Source: a bacterium (GTDB taxonomy: Bacteria > SAR324 > NAC60-12). Taken from it: DNA of 64,000 nucleotides. The translations under genes and the position numbers were made by a program. The DNA is taken from NCBI GenBank assembly GCA_965209155.1, contig OZ242383.1:2944001-3008000 (forward strand), in the 5' to 3' direction. Under the pieces are notes generated by a model that saw only the letters and a list, made by a program, of their open reading frames with translations, made no database searches and was not told the DNA's origin. Position 1 is the first letter of the stretch. Every line of letters begins with the position of its first letter. Shown piece by piece: positions 11,101-21,672 of this stretch.

Positions 11101-13945
11101 GTGGCAGCAGACCCTCGTTCAAATCAAATCCAGCCTGGCCGGTAAAAGCGTCGCGGACGTGATGCGCTTTGAGACACTCACCCAACAGGATGCCGAGGTC
11201 CTGGTCCCTATCCTCTATGAACTCCATGTGGCCTATGGCGAGGCTGGGACTACTTTGGATGACGGCCTTTGGCAGCCCATCGCTTTAAAACGTATCTCAT
11301 TTCTGCTGAATCATTTTCATCCGAAACAATCACCCGAATCCTATGGTCTCCTTGGATCGATATATTGCGTGTTTATGCAGGATTTTGAATTTGGTTATGA
11401 ACTCGGTCGTCTGGGCATACAGCTCATGGAAGCGCTTGATCTGAAGGAAATAAACTGTAGAGTTTCCGGGAGTTTCAATGGTGGGATCCGGTCCTACCGG
11501 GAGCCGCTATCGGCGTCATTGGAGCCCTTGCTGGAAGCTCATAAGATGGGAATCGAGACGGGGGATTTCTACAATGCCGGTCGTAGCGCTGTCGTAAGAT
11601 GTCAGATTGCCTTTATGTGCGGGAAAGAGCTGAATTGGCTGAAAGGGGAATTGTCGATATTGAAGGCTGCTCTCAAGAAGATCGATTATATTCTCGGGTC
11701 TCCCCAAGTCGAAATGCTGACGAAGGCGGTCACGATTCTGGTGGAGGAACCTTCGAACCTGTCAAGCGGCATCATGGATCAATACCACAGGGTGGCAGGT
11801 GCAGAGTTCGTATATCATGAACAGAGCTGTTATAATTACCAGAAGCTGGTGCTGCAAACCCTGTTCGAAGAATACGAAGCAGCCCGGGAGACGGTTTTTG
11901 AAATGATCAACCTGATGAAAACCTACAAGGATGCCCTTGTTGATCCCCTGGCCAACTGCTACCTCTCCCTCGCTCTCCTCGCGGTTTGCGGCCGGGGGAG
12001 CGAGGGGGAAAAGGAGGAAATCCTCACCCAGGTTGATGACCATCAGGAGACGTTGGAGAAACTGGCGCGCTGCGCACCGTCTAATTATTTGCATAAGTAC
12101 CACCTGGTGGAAGCCGAACGGATGCGAGTTTTGGATGGTGAACCCGATACCATTATGCACCACTATGACCAAGCCATCGCTTTGGCCAGGGAGAGCGGAT
12201 TTATCCACGAGGAAGCCCTGGCCAATGAACTGGCAGCCAGGTACTTGCTCAACCAGGGGCAGAACGACGACGCCCGGGCTTACCTGCACTCAGCAATGGA
12301 GAAATACGAAGCCTGGGGGGCAAAACGGAAGGTCGCGCACCTGAAGTCTCGATATCCCAACCTGATTGCCGATGATCACACTGAAGCGGTGTCTCCTTCA
12401 GCCAACCTGGATCTGGGGACGATTCTCAAAGCCTCGGAGGCCATCTCCAGTACACTCGAGTTGGAACCGCTGCTCGAGATTCTGCTTGGCATTCTCATAG
12501 AAAATGCCGGGGCCCAGACAGCAGCCCTGATTCTGGAAACCGAAGATCAGTCTCTCATCGCTGCCCGCGGGAGTGCCGAGCAGGTCGAATATTTCCTGCC
12601 GCTTTCCCTGCCTGTGGAAAATGCCCAATCCCTCTCCCTCTCGGTCATCTCCTGGGTGAAACAAACCCGGGAACATCTGGTTTTGGACAACGCCGCCCGG
12701 GAAGAACGGTTTGCCGGGGATGACTATATTAAACGGGAGCGTCCTAAATCCATCCTGTGCGCGCCAATCACTCATCAGTCCGCCTTGAGTGGAATCATTT
12801 ACCTGGAAAACAACCTGGTTGAGGGAGCCTTCACTCCCCTGCGACTCGAGGTGATCAAGCATCTTAGCTCCCAGATCGCCATTTCCCTGGAAAATGCCAG
12901 GCTTCACGAAAACCTCAAAAAGGCGATGGACGAACTGAAAGCGAGCGAAATCTCCTTGCGTGAGGAAAATGTCCACCTGAAAGCCAATATCAAGGAGCGT
13001 TATCGGTTCGGAAAGATCATCGGCAAAAGTCCCGTGATGCAGAGGATTTATGAATTGATCTTAAAGGCGGCGGCTAGCGATGCGGGTGTCATTGTCTATG
13101 GTGAATCAGGGACCGGGAAAGAACTGGTGGCCGAAGCTATCCATGAGATGAGTGATAGAAAAGAAAAACCCTTTGTTCCCGTCAACGTCGGCGGCGTTGC
13201 GGAAACCCTCTTGGAAAGTGAGTTTTTCGGCTACAAAAAAGGGGCCTTTACCGGAGCCAACACGGATAAGCTGGGCCTGCTCCATTTGGCAGACAAAGGC
13301 ACGCTTTTCCTGGATGAATTAGGCGAAATCGGCCCCAACCTGCAGGCCAAACTGCTGCGCGCTATTGAGGGCAGAGGGTTCACGCCAGTAGGCGGCCTTA
13401 AAGCGGAAACCTCCGATTTTCGCGTCATTGCCGCCACCAATAAGGATTTAAAACAACAGGTGAAAAAGGGATTGATACGGGAGGATTTCTTCTACCGCAT
13501 CCACATTATCCCCATTCACTTGCCGCCTCTCCGGGAACGTAAAGAGGATATCCCCCTTTTAATCGAGCATTTTATGCAAAACCACCCCCCCTCAAAGAAC
13601 CTGCCCAAAATCACCGTCGCTGTCATGGAAGCTCTGACTTCCTATGATTGGCCGGGAAACGTCAGGGAACTGATCAACACCATGCATCGCTACCTGACGT
13701 TCAAGAAACTCGACTTCCTCGATTCCTCTTTCATCGAGGCCAGCCAACCAGAACCACCGGTCTCGGTTGAGGCGCGTGAAACCCATGAACCCTTGGATGC
13801 CACTATGAAGCGACTCGAAAAACTGTATTTGACCAGGGTGCTGGACGATAATGACTGGCAACAGAGCAAAGTTTCAGCCATTCTGTGGGTTGATCGTAAA
13901 ACGTTGTATCGAAAAATAAACCAATACCATCTCAAACCCTCATAA
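8147..13945 (+). pseudogene. Disrupted paralog of the giant Arm/kinase/ATPase/GAF/sigma54 regulator
   Basis: One reading frame colinear with 22236-28481, broken by six in-frame stops (8333, 8660, 8963, 9638, 9857, 10559) and an in-frame deletion of about 100 nt near 10470; no PAS domain. Confidence 0.92.
10703..13945 (+). CDS. Still-open C-terminal part of regulator copy 1: TPR/helical-GAF-sigma54 AAA+-HTH
   Basis: 1080 codons without a stop; [30 protein letters not shown] and the HTH are intact. Expression is uncertain (GTG start, no clear RBS). Confidence 0.5.
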   Translation: MKDKWKERSQLAELNLEAGRQARAASAFEQALEYFTVGLELLGDAAWKRHYPLALSLHEEATEMSWLCGRFELMEKLAGAVKENVREDPDLANVYQCLIKAYTNQGELKKALKTGEEILEKLGYQLSRLSLDQWQQTLVQIKSSLAGKSVADVMRFETLTQQDAEVLVPILYELHVAYGEAGTTLDDGLWQPIALKRISFLLNHFHPKQSPESYGLLGSIYCVFMQDFEFGYELGRLGIQLMEALDLKEINCRVSGSFNGGIRSYREPLSASLEPLLEAHKMGIETGDFYNAGRSAVVRCQIAFMCGKELNWLKGELSILKAALKKIDYILGSPQVEMLTKAVTILVEEPSNLSSGIMDQYHRVAGAEFVYHEQSCYNYQKLVLQTLFEEYEAARETVFEMINLMKTYKDALVDPLANCYLSLALLAVCGRGSEGEKEEILTQVDDHQETLEKLARCAPSNYLHKYHLVEAERMRVLDGEPDTIMHHYDQAIALARESGFIHEEALANELAARYLLNQGQNDDARAYLHSAMEKYEAWGAKRKVAHLKSRYPNLIADDHTEAVSPSANLDLGTILKASEAISSTLELEPLLEILLGILIENAGAQTAALILETEDQSLIAARGSAEQVEYFLPLSLPVENAQSLSLSVISWVKQTREHLVLDNAAREERFAGDDYIKRERPKSILCAPITHQSALSGIIYLENNLVEGAFTPLRLEVIKHLSSQIAISLENARLHENLKKAMDELKASEISLREENVHLKANIKERYRFGKIIGKSPVMQRIYELILKAAASDAGVIVYGESGTGKELVAEAIHEMSDRKEKPFVPVNVGGVAETLLESEFFGYKKGAFTGANTDKLGLLHLADKGTLFLDELGEIGPNLQAKLLRAIEGRGFTPVGGLKAETSDFRVIAATNKDLKQQVKKGLIREDFFYRIHIIPIHLPPLRERKEDIPLLIEHFMQNHPPSKNLPKITVAVMEALTSYDWPGNVRELINTMHRYLTFKKLDFLDSSFIEASQPEPPVSVEARETHEPLDATMKRLEKLYLTRVLDDNDWQQSKVSAILWVDRKTLYRKINQYHLKPS

Positions 13946-14153
13946 AGAGAAGATGGTTTTGATGGGCCCCTGGAAGGGGCTTTCCGGAGGCAGAAGCGGA
14001 ATTCCGCCTGGTCAGAAGAAAACGTCGTGCCATCGAAAGATCAGCAATGTAACAGGCTTGTAGAACTCAGAGAAAACCGGTACGCTTACTCTCAAAGAAG
14101 GTGTTAATCGCCGATTTAGTGATAGGCCCTACTCACACCTAAAGGATGGTTAT

Positions 14154-14423
14154 ATGACTCTTGAAGATATTCTGATTGATATTCACTCCCTTGAAGAAGA
14201 ATTGCTTGATTTTGAAAGAAAGTATGGCGTTCGTTCGGACATATTCTACGCAGCCTATATGAGTGGTGAAGAACCCGAAGATGAAAATTGGGTCTTAGAT
14301 TTTGGAGAATGGGCCAGCGTCTTTCGTACGTGGTTAGCACGTCAAGCAACCTATCGTGACCAAGTACAACGAATTCAGCCTGATAAGCCGACTTTGAGTG
14401 GTTTGATTCGGGTTTCTGTATGA
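14154..14423 (+). CDS. Putative antitoxin (partner of DUF6516 protein)
   Basis: 89-aa acidic ORF (LLDFERKYGVRSDIFY...DFGEW) overlapping the next start (ATGA). Confidence 0.65.
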   Translation: MTLEDILIDIHSLEEELLDFERKYGVRSDIFYAAYMSGEEPEDENWVLDFGEWASVFRTWLARQATYRDQVQRIQPDKPTLSGLIRVSV

Positions 14424-14851
14424 ATAATGCTCTCCGAAGCATCAAAGACTATGAACTGTTTATTTACACACTCACCGAGCAGTTCCCTGTCATCCAACGT
14501 TCAACTTTGCGTTTAATCCGTCGTGGGACAACCTTAGCTCGTGTGGAGGGGGAACTGTACTTTACAAAAGATGTATGGATCGCCATCCGTGAACGAATTG
14601 TTTATCATCGTTTACCTGCCGTCATTGACGAATATGGATATGAGATCCGACAAAAAGAGAAAAAACTATACTGGTACGATTCTCAACCACATCCTGATGA
14701 TTCGAATTTGCAAAGCACTCATCCCCATCACAAGCATATTCCGTCAGACATGAAACATAATAGGATTCCTGCAGAAGGAATGAGTTTTGTGCAACCCAAT
14801 TTACCTATTTTGATTCATGAAATCCAAGAATTGCTGAACAGCCTGTCGTAG
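14420..14851 (+). CDS. DUF6516/TumE-like putative toxin
   Basis: YGYE...WYDSQPHP...THPHHKH motif; coupled to the small upstream ORF. Confidence 0.7.
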   Translation: MNNALRSIKDYELFIYTLTEQFPVIQRSTLRLIRRGTTLARVEGELYFTKDVWIAIRERIVYHRLPAVIDEYGYEIRQKEKKLYWYDSQPHPDDSNLQSTHPHHKHIPSDMKHNRIPAEGMSFVQPNLPILIHEIQELLNSLS

Positions 14852-14906
14852 TCTTCCTGAAAGCGGCAATCCACGAAACGCTTGATTCAGGTAAATATAA
14901 TTATAT

Positions 14907-15126
14907 GGGGCATATTTGCCCCGCTAAGAGGCATATCTGCCCCAATCCAGGATTAGTGTTTAATATCAATGTATTACTGCCGAAAATCCATCATTTTTTG
15001 CGTTTAAGTGTGGCAAAATTGCCCCATTTTACCAAAAAATCACCTCAAAACTGGCAGCCCTCTTTCCCATAGGTCGCCTCAGCCCCCACCAATCCTGCGT
15101 TTCGAGCAGTTGGCATGACTTTTGAC
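14907..15126 (+). promoter_or_regulatory. Sigma54 promoter block, cassette 1: three GGCA-N4-TGCC palindromes, IHF site, -24/-12 element
   Basis: Palindromes at 14907-14922, 14930-14941, 15012-15023; TATCAATGTATTA (14964-14976) fits WATCARnnnnTTR; TGGCATGACTTTTGAC at 15111-15126. Confidence 0.7.
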
Positions 15127-15347
15127 GCTAAAGACTCCCTGCAGGGGGGCAATGAAGTTTTGGCTGTTAGCTCTTAGCTTTCAGCGATTAGGGGGGGTCT
15201 TCCTGATTATAGAGCTTTTATATTACTGAAAACCCGATGAAAGGAGGAAATGCCTATGGAATAAAACTCGTTTTGAAACAGCTGATGGGCGCGTGAGAGC
15301 GTCATTTTCTCATATTTTTTATTTTTTATTTTTTTAAGGAGAATCTT

Positions 15348-17144
15348 ATGAAATCGAAAATCGCTATTCTAAACAACCCTTCATCTTGGCTTTTTAATCA
15401 AAAATCAGAAAGGAATCAAATGAATCGACAAAAAAGCAAATCAACCTTCAGTACAACCCTGCTGGCCCTCATGCTGGCCCTCATTCTAGGGGGGGCAGGC
15501 TTCTTGGGCAGCCCGGCCTGGGCAGCCGAACCGCAATACGGTGGGAGTATTACATTCCTGGACGGATATGGGGGGCGCTTCCCACCTACACAATGGGACC
15601 CCGCCAAAGGTGTTTGGACGGTAGGTGTTTATGTTGAACCGTATTATGAGACCCTTTTGGCTACAGACTTTGTGAAGAATGGGCCACGCGGGACCAATGA
15701 GTATCCGTCCTATCACTCTCAAGGGGCTATTGAAGAGTTGCTAACAGGTCGGTTGGCTGAAAGCTGGTCGGTGCCCGATGAGACCACACTTATTTTCAAA
15801 CTACGTGAGGGAATCATGTGGCAGGCCAAGCCGGGAGTCATGGAATCAAGGGAGCTGACAGCGGAGGATGTAGCTTATAGCTTTACGTTTGGGCGCTATG
15901 AACATCGCCAGGATGTGGGGGGAAATGGCAGTCAATCACAGCTACGGATAAGTACACGGTTGAAATCAAGATGGAAGGTTTCCTAGCTGAATGGTATCAT
16001 ACCTTTGGATACGCCGCTTGGGCTGAGTCGAGCATCGTACCTCGTGAGATGACGGACGAGTATATGAAAGACTGGAAAAATCATGTAGGGCTGGGGACAG
16101 GCCCGTTTCATCTCGAGGACTTTGTGGAAGGCAGCACGGTAACTTACGTAAGGAATCCCAATTACTGAGACAGTTACGTATTCAATGACAAGAAATACGA
16201 GATTCCGTTTATCGACCGCATGGTAAAAACTCTAATACTGGATAAATCCTCCCAGGTCGCTGCGTTACGAACAGGGAAGATTGACGTGTATGATGTACTC
16301 CAAAAAAAGTTCGTCGACTCGCTAAAAAGATCAAGTCCCAAACTAAAGATGATCGAGAGAGCCTGGAGAATCGGCATGAGGCTGGATGTGAAGCCCTTTG
16401 ACGATCTCAGGGTGCGCAAAGCAATCAGCATGGCTATAGATCGAGAAGCCTTTATCAATATCTTGTGGGGGGGGGGCTGGAGTGATTTTAAACGCTGAGC
16501 TCCATTCAGGATATGCCGAAAATCTCTTCACTCCTATGGAGAAGCTACCGGAATTAACTCGGGAGAATTTTGAGTATAACCCTGATCGTGCGAGGCAACT
16601 ATTAGCCGAGGTAGGCTACCCGAACGGTTTCGAGACTACCATACAAACATATGCGCAGGAGCCCGAGCAAGATGTGGCTGCTTTTCTGGCAGCTATGTGG
16701 AAGGATATCGGAATCGAAGTTAAAATTGATTTGCGGGATCAGTCTACTTTTTATGGCCTACTTAATAAAAATGAGCATGCGCCGATTACCTTGTTGGCTA
16801 ACTCAGTTGGTCTTCCGGGACTTACTATGAACGCTTTTGCAATTGATGAGGCTGCTTTGGCTCAAGTCGCGGTGGTTGATGATCCTGAATTAAACGAGAT
16901 CTATGAGCGGTGGTCGCAAACATCGGACCCAGTTGAAGCGGACAAGATCATGAAGGGTTTGAACCAGTTGTGGCTGTTGAAAACTTATGTGGCCTATGCA
17001 CCAACTCCAATGGTAACCATGGCTTACTGGCCATTGGTGGAGAACTACGCCGGTGAAGTCAATGATACCTGCTGTTTTTCTGTAGGAGGGATTTTCGCTC
17101 GTGCCTGGATCAATAGCGATTTAAAGGCAGAAATATTGGGGTAG
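15348..17144 (+). pseudogene. Family 5 (peptide/nickel) ABC substrate-binding protein, disrupted
   Basis: Paralog of 30225-32093 split by a frameshift near 15920, TGG->TGA at 16166 and a frameshift at the G10 run 16467-16476. Confidence 0.9.
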
Positions 17145-17155
17145 TAATGAGCCAA

Positions 17156-17184
17156 TCGGGGAATGGAGCGATCTCATTCCCCGA
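17156..17184 (+). terminator. Stem-loop after SBP pseudogene
   Basis: TCGGGGAATG...CATTCCCCGA inverted repeat; equivalent hairpin at 32101-32131. Confidence 0.6.
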
Positions 17185-17186
17185 CT

Positions 17187-17335
17187 CCGGCATGCGCTTC
17201 CCAACGCCCTCATTCCGGTGATCACCGTCTACGGCCTCAATATTTTCAGCGACGCCCTCAGGGATTTTCTCGACCCCCGGTTGCGGGGCGCTGCAGGGCG
17301 CTATGGCGTGTCCTCAACAAAAGAGAACTTCATGA
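17187..17335 (+). pseudogene. Chimeric remnant of two ABC permease genes
   Basis: RHALPNALIPVITV (DppB-like, cf. 32884-32925) joined to YGLNIFSDALRDFLDPRLRG (DppC-like C-terminus, cf. ~34005-34090). Confidence 0.8.
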
Positions 17336-17356
17336 TTTTTGGAAAGGAAACGCAAC

Positions 17357-18385
17357 ATGGCAAAATATTACACACTCCTCATCGGCACCGTCGGCCAAGG
17401 GCTGAACGTGAGTGCCGATGGCGGTGAATCCTGGACCCCCATCTATCAGCCTATCTGGCATGAGTCCAACGTCAGGGCGTTGTGCGTGGATCCGTCCAAC
17501 CCCCGGCGGGTATTGGCTGGTGTTGATGGTCATCAATTATTACCCTCATCCCAGGTGGGCGTTTTCCGCAGCGACGGCGGCGGCATGACCTGGGAAAACC
17601 TGGATGCTCCCACAGCGGGCCTTGAAATCTGGTCGGTGACTGTCGATCCTACGGATCCGGACACCCTCTTTGTGGGCACGCGACCCGAGGGATTTCGATC
17701 CCGGGATGGGGGGCGGACTTGGAGCAAGCTTCAGATGGGCGTAAACATGAAAAACCCCCTGTCTCCAGCACTTCCTGACTCGCCGCCGCGGACCACCTGC
17801 ATGGTGGTAAATCCCAGGAACAACGACACCATCTGGGCTGGCATGGAAGTTGACGGGGTATACAAGAGCCTGGATGGCGGCGACACATGGGGCCACCTGC
17901 CCGACCTGGGGCCTGACCCCTTCCATGGCGACATTCACAGTCTGACTCTGAAGACTGGCGCCCGTTCCACAGTCTACTGCACCTCGCCCTTTGGCATCGC
18001 CACCAGCCACGACGAAGGCGAAAGCTGGGATTACCACAATTTCCCTCAGTTCCATGAAGGCGCTCGCGCGTCCTACTGCCGCGGCATGGTCATCAAAGCG
18101 GATAACCCCGATGTCATGTTCGTCGGCACCGGCGACACGATTCCCGGTGTCACCGGTGCCGTGCAGCGCACCCAGAATGCCGGGAAAAGTTGGCAACCGG
18201 TGTCCCTGCCGGTAGAGCCCAACTCCCATATCTATGGGATAGCCACTCACAAGGAGCGGCCCCACGTAATCGTCGCGGCCAGCTTCTATGGCTATGTGTA
18301 CGTGAGCGAAGACGGAGGTGATTCCTGGCAAAAACTGCAAAAAGAGTTTGGCGAGGTCCGTTCCGTGGCCTTGCTGCCAAACTAG
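17357..18385 (+). CDS. BNR/Asp-box beta-propeller protein (YCF48/GH74-like)
   Basis: Repeated S-x-D-G-G-x-(T/S)-W Asp boxes; AAAGGA RBS before ATG 17357. Confidence 0.85.
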   Translation: MAKYYTLLIGTVGQGLNVSADGGESWTPIYQPIWHESNVRALCVDPSNPRRVLAGVDGHQLLPSSQVGVFRSDGGGMTWENLDAPTAGLEIWSVTVDPTDPDTLFVGTRPEGFRSRDGGRTWSKLQMGVNMKNPLSPALPDSPPRTTCMVVNPRNNDTIWAGMEVDGVYKSLDGGDTWGHLPDLGPDPFHGDIHSLTLKTGARSTVYCTSPFGIATSHDEGESWDYHNFPQFHEGARASYCRGMVIKADNPDVMFVGTGDTIPGVTGAVQRTQNAGKSWQPVSLPVEPNSHIYGIATHKERPHVIVAASFYGYVYVSEDGGDSWQKLQKEFGEVRSVALLPN

Positions 18386-18406
18386 TTGGGTGTGATTTTC
18401 TATTTT

Positions 18407-18529
18407 TGTCATTCCTGCGGTCCACCGAGCGGCTTGACCAGGAATCCAGCCGTACGCGGAAGCGGCCGACGTGGAACGGGTATGCAACGCTATCTGGTAC
18501 ATGGATCCCGGATCAAGTCCGGGATGACA
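18407..18529. repeat. REP-like palindromic element (GTCATTCC...GGAATCCA / TGGATCCCGGATCAAGTCCGGGATGAC)
   Basis: Nested inverted repeats; related element at 40134-40180. Confidence 0.65.
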
Positions 18530-18572
18530 TATCATTGTAATCATTAATTATTCTAATGCAGGAGACAGAAAC

Positions 18573-19277
18573 ATGACGAATAGAAAGATAAAAACAGCAG
18601 TGATTACCGGCGAGCACGAGTATGACGTGGTCGGCTTCCAGTCCATGCTTCGCACCATTCCCGAAATTGAGGCCTACCCTCAGAACATGTGGGACTTCAT
18701 TACCGACCCGGCGCGTGGTCCAGGGAACTACGACGTACTAGTGTTCTACAACTGGCACCAAAGCACGCCCGCTGAAAAAGATGGCAAATTAGAGCCAGGA
18801 ACCTCTAAGCAGAGCGGAGGAGACCTAAAGGAGATACTGGAGGGGATTCGCCGTGATGGGGACCAGGGGATATTTCTGCTGCATCACGCGCTGATGGCCT
18901 TTCCCGACTGGTCGCTCTGGAGAGAGCTTAGCGGCATGCGTCAGCGAGGCGAAATACCGGTCGCCCTTGACCAGACCGTGAACATCGACGACGTGGACAC
19001 GGAGCATCGCATCACTGCCACACTGGAGCCGTGGGACATCGTCGACGAGACCTATCACATAGATGACGCGGACGAGGATAGCCACATCCTGCTCACCACC
19101 GATCATCCCTTGAGTATGAAGACGATCGCGTGGACTCGGACCTTCGGTAAGGCGAGGGTCTTCTGCTATCAGAACGGGCACGATAACCGGGCCTTCACAA
19201 AAGCCAGTTTTCGAACGGTAGTGGGGCGGGGCATCCAGTGGTTAGCGGGGAGACAAACTACCATCAATCATCAATAA
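18573..19277 (+). CDS. ThuA-like (class I glutamine amidotransferase-like) protein
   Basis: TGEHEYD, LLHHA, DETY, IAWTRTFGKARVFCYQNGHD motifs. Confidence 0.85.
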   Translation: MTNRKIKTAVITGEHEYDVVGFQSMLRTIPEIEAYPQNMWDFITDPARGPGNYDVLVFYNWHQSTPAEKDGKLEPGTSKQSGGDLKEILEGIRRDGDQGIFLLHHALMAFPDWSLWRELSGMRQRGEIPVALDQTVNIDDVDTEHRITATLEPWDIVDETYHIDDADEDSHILLTTDHPLSMKTIAWTRTFGKARVFCYQNGHDNRAFTKASFRTVVGRGIQWLAGRQTTINHQ

Positions 19278-19289
19278 AAGACGGAAACC

Positions 19290-20045
19290 ATGAGACTGAA
19301 AGACAAAGTCGCTTTTATCAGCGGAGGAGCCAGGGGCTTGGGCGCAGGGATTGCCAAGCTGTTTGCCAGGGAAGGGGCCAAAGTGGTCATTGGAGACGTG
19401 TTGGAAGAAGAAGGGCGTCAGACCGAAACCGTAATTAATGAAACCGGTGGCGAGTGCCTATTCGTCCGGTTGGATGTCACCAGCGAGGCTGAGTGGAAGC
19501 AAGCCGTGGCGTCCACGGTCACCCGCTTCGGGAAACTGAACGTTCTGGTGAACAATGCGGGTACTTGCCGATTCGCTCGGGTGGAGGAGATCACCAGCGA
19601 GCAGTGGGATTGGGATTTGGATATAAATGCCAAGGGTGCGTTTCTGGGGACAAAACAAGCCATACCCGAGATGCGAAAAGCGGGCGGCGGCTCCATGATC
19701 AATATCGCTTCGGTGGCTGCGCTGGAAGGCACCATGGGGACGTCGTGCACCTACAACACGTCCAAGGCTGCGATGCGGCTATTGACCAAGTCCACCGCTG
19801 TTCAATACGCCAGGGAAGGGATCCGCGTCAACTCCATCCTTCCGGGCAACATCGAAACAATGATGATCGCCCACTTTTTGGAGGAGGAGGAATCTCGACA
19901 GGACCTGTTCAACAGTATTCCCCTGGGTCACGCGGGCCAGCCGGAAGACGTGGCCTACGGCGCCCTTTACCTGGCTTCGGACGAGTCCTCTTTTGTCACC
20001 GGCAGCGATTTGGTCATTGACGGTGGAGCAACCGCAGGGAAGTGA
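19290..20045 (+). CDS. SDR oxidoreductase (3-alpha/20-beta-HSD/cyclopentanol dehydrogenase-like)
   Basis: SGGARGLG, VNNAG, YNTSK, RVNSILPG, VTGSDLVIDGG. Confidence 0.93.
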   Translation: MRLKDKVAFISGGARGLGAGIAKLFAREGAKVVIGDVLEEEGRQTETVINETGGECLFVRLDVTSEAEWKQAVASTVTRFGKLNVLVNNAGTCRFARVEEITSEQWDWDLDINAKGAFLGTKQAIPEMRKAGGGSMINIASVAALEGTMGTSCTYNTSKAAMRLLTKSTAVQYAREGIRVNSILPGNIETMMIAHFLEEEESRQDLFNSIPLGHAGQPEDVAYGALYLASDESSFVTGSDLVIDGGATAGK

Positions 20046-20314
20046 TGGGAGAATGATGAGAGAGGAGCCATTTAACTGAATTCTAAGGTGCTATTTATGC
20101 CAATATTGACGAAACATCAGGTTGTCCGTATCACATAAAAGCCCTCTTCGACTCATACGAGGTCCGTGACCAGTTGGCCGATGTCTTTCCCTCTGGAGGA
20201 AACCCTTAGTACATTAGGTTAAAAATTATTATAAATTCATTAGGGATGGTCTTAACCAGACTAACCGGCTGGGGAATGACTTCAAAGGGTGAGATAACGG
20301 CAAGCTCACAAGTA

Positions 20315-20378
20315 CCTACCCACCGGAACAGCTTACCGAAGCTCGCGAGCGCCTCAGCGAGCAGGCCGAGGCCGAGCG
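20315..20378 (+). pseudogene. Remnant of the PhyH-family gene 5' end
   Basis: Nearly identical to 34152-34160 joined to 34237-34292 (PEQL.EARERLSEQAEAER). Confidence 0.75.
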
Positions 20379-20598
20379 ATCATTTCGCTCGCCGCTCAAA
20401 TTTTGCCTTCTCCGTTTATTGGTCAATGCGATTCCCTCGTCCGTATAAGGCTTTCTTTTTTCTTTGGAAATAAGAGTCGAGATGGCTTTGAAAGCTATAT
20501 CAAAGCTAAAAAATATAGAAGGTTGTAAATGATATTTAAATTAAGATAGGAGTGAATATTTTAGTTGAAAATATGTCAGAAATGATATAAAAACAGGA

Positions 20599-20937
20599 AT
20601 GAAAACGAAAAACAAACCTCTGGCATGGTTGAACAGCGAAATCAAAACACCGCTATTTTCGAGAGAATCCCGAATTGAAGCGGGAATATTATTGAGGCAA
20701 CTCCAGCAAGGGGAAAAGCTTGCCATGCCTCAATCGAGACCAGTGCCGTCTATTGGCTCCCGATGCCATGAATTGCGGATTCCAGATGGTGATATGTTTT
20801 GGCGGATCATGTATTCTATCGAGTCAGATGCCATCATCATTCTTGAGGTATTTAAAAAGAAGACACAAGCGACCCCGAAATCTGTGATTTCAGTCTGCCA
20901 AGAGCGATTGAAACGTTACCGAAGAGATTCTCAATAA
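20599..20937 (+). CDS. RelE/ParE-family (HigB/Gp49-like) toxin
   Basis: GSRCHELRI, WRIMY, EVFKKKTQATP motifs; upstream of an HTH gene. Confidence 0.88.
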   Translation: MKTKNKPLAWLNSEIKTPLFSRESRIEAGILLRQLQQGEKLAMPQSRPVPSIGSRCHELRIPDGDMFWRIMYSIESDAIIILEVFKKKTQATPKSVISVCQERLKRYRRDSQ

Positions 20938-20950
20938 TTCAAGGAAAAAT

Positions 20951-21286
20951 ATGGACTCAAAAAAGAAGAAGAGGTTGGAAGAGAAAGGCTGGAGAATTGG
21001 CTCCACCGAAGACTTTCTAGAACTTTCTGCAGAAGAGTCAGCCTATATCGAACTGAAAATGGCTCTATGTGAAAATTTGAAAAGCATCAGAAAACGGAAA
21101 CGAATGACACAAGTCCAACTGGCAAAAGTTTTAAATTCCAGTCAATCTCGCATTGCTAAAATGGAATCAGGAGATCCGAGTGTTTCTCTTGATCTTTTGT
21201 TTCGTTCTCTTTTCACTTTGGGACAATCCGTCTCGGACTTGGCAAAAGTTTTTGAACACCCGAAATTAGAAATTCACAAATCCTAA
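20951..21286 (+). CDS. XRE-family HTH antitoxin (HigA-like)
   Basis: MTQVQLAKVLNSSQSRIAKMESGDPSVSLDLL helix-turn-helix. Confidence 0.88.
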   Translation: MDSKKKKRLEEKGWRIGSTEDFLELSAEESAYIELKMALCENLKSIRKRKRMTQVQLAKVLNSSQSRIAKMESGDPSVSLDLLFRSLFTLGQSVSDLAKVFEHPKLEIHKS

Positions 21287-21403
21287 AATGGGCACTTTAT
21301 TGAATCAAGTGATTCAGGTTGCTTGTCAAACAGCGATTTTCGGAGTTTTCACAAAGATCCGCTGCCTTCTCCATCCAGAGCGCAATTGTGCTCAAGGTCC
21401 CTT

Positions 21404-21672
21404 AGTCTATTGTACCTCGCCATTTGGGCTCGCCACCAACCACGACGAAGGCGAAAGCTGGGATTACCACGAGTTCCCCAAGCTCCATGAAGCAGATGGC
21501 GCAACCTACTGCCACGGCATGGTCATCAAAGCGGATAACCCCGAGGTCATGTTCGTCGACAACGGCGACACGATTTCCGGTGTCACCAGTGCCGTGCGGC
21601 GCACCCGTGTTGCCGGCAAAAGCTGGGAACCGGTGTCCCTGCCGGTAGAGCCCAACTCCCATATCTATGGGA
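21404..21672 (+). pseudogene. Internal fragment of the BNR propeller gene
   Basis: Near copy of ~17970-18240 (VYCTSPFG...PNSHIYG) with unrelated flanks. Confidence 0.85.

Noticed and set aside
15163..15186. Short 7-nt-period TTAGC repeats (also ~29580-29645) as a CRISPR or other array
   Set aside because: Only 2-3 degenerate units and no spacers; no CRISPR array or cas gene was seen anywhere in the window.
17546..18544. 332-aa minus-strand ORF and similar long antisense ORFs (25710-26402, 34153-34896, 54917-55699)
   Set aside because: Shadows of well-supported genes on the opposite strand; no motifs.
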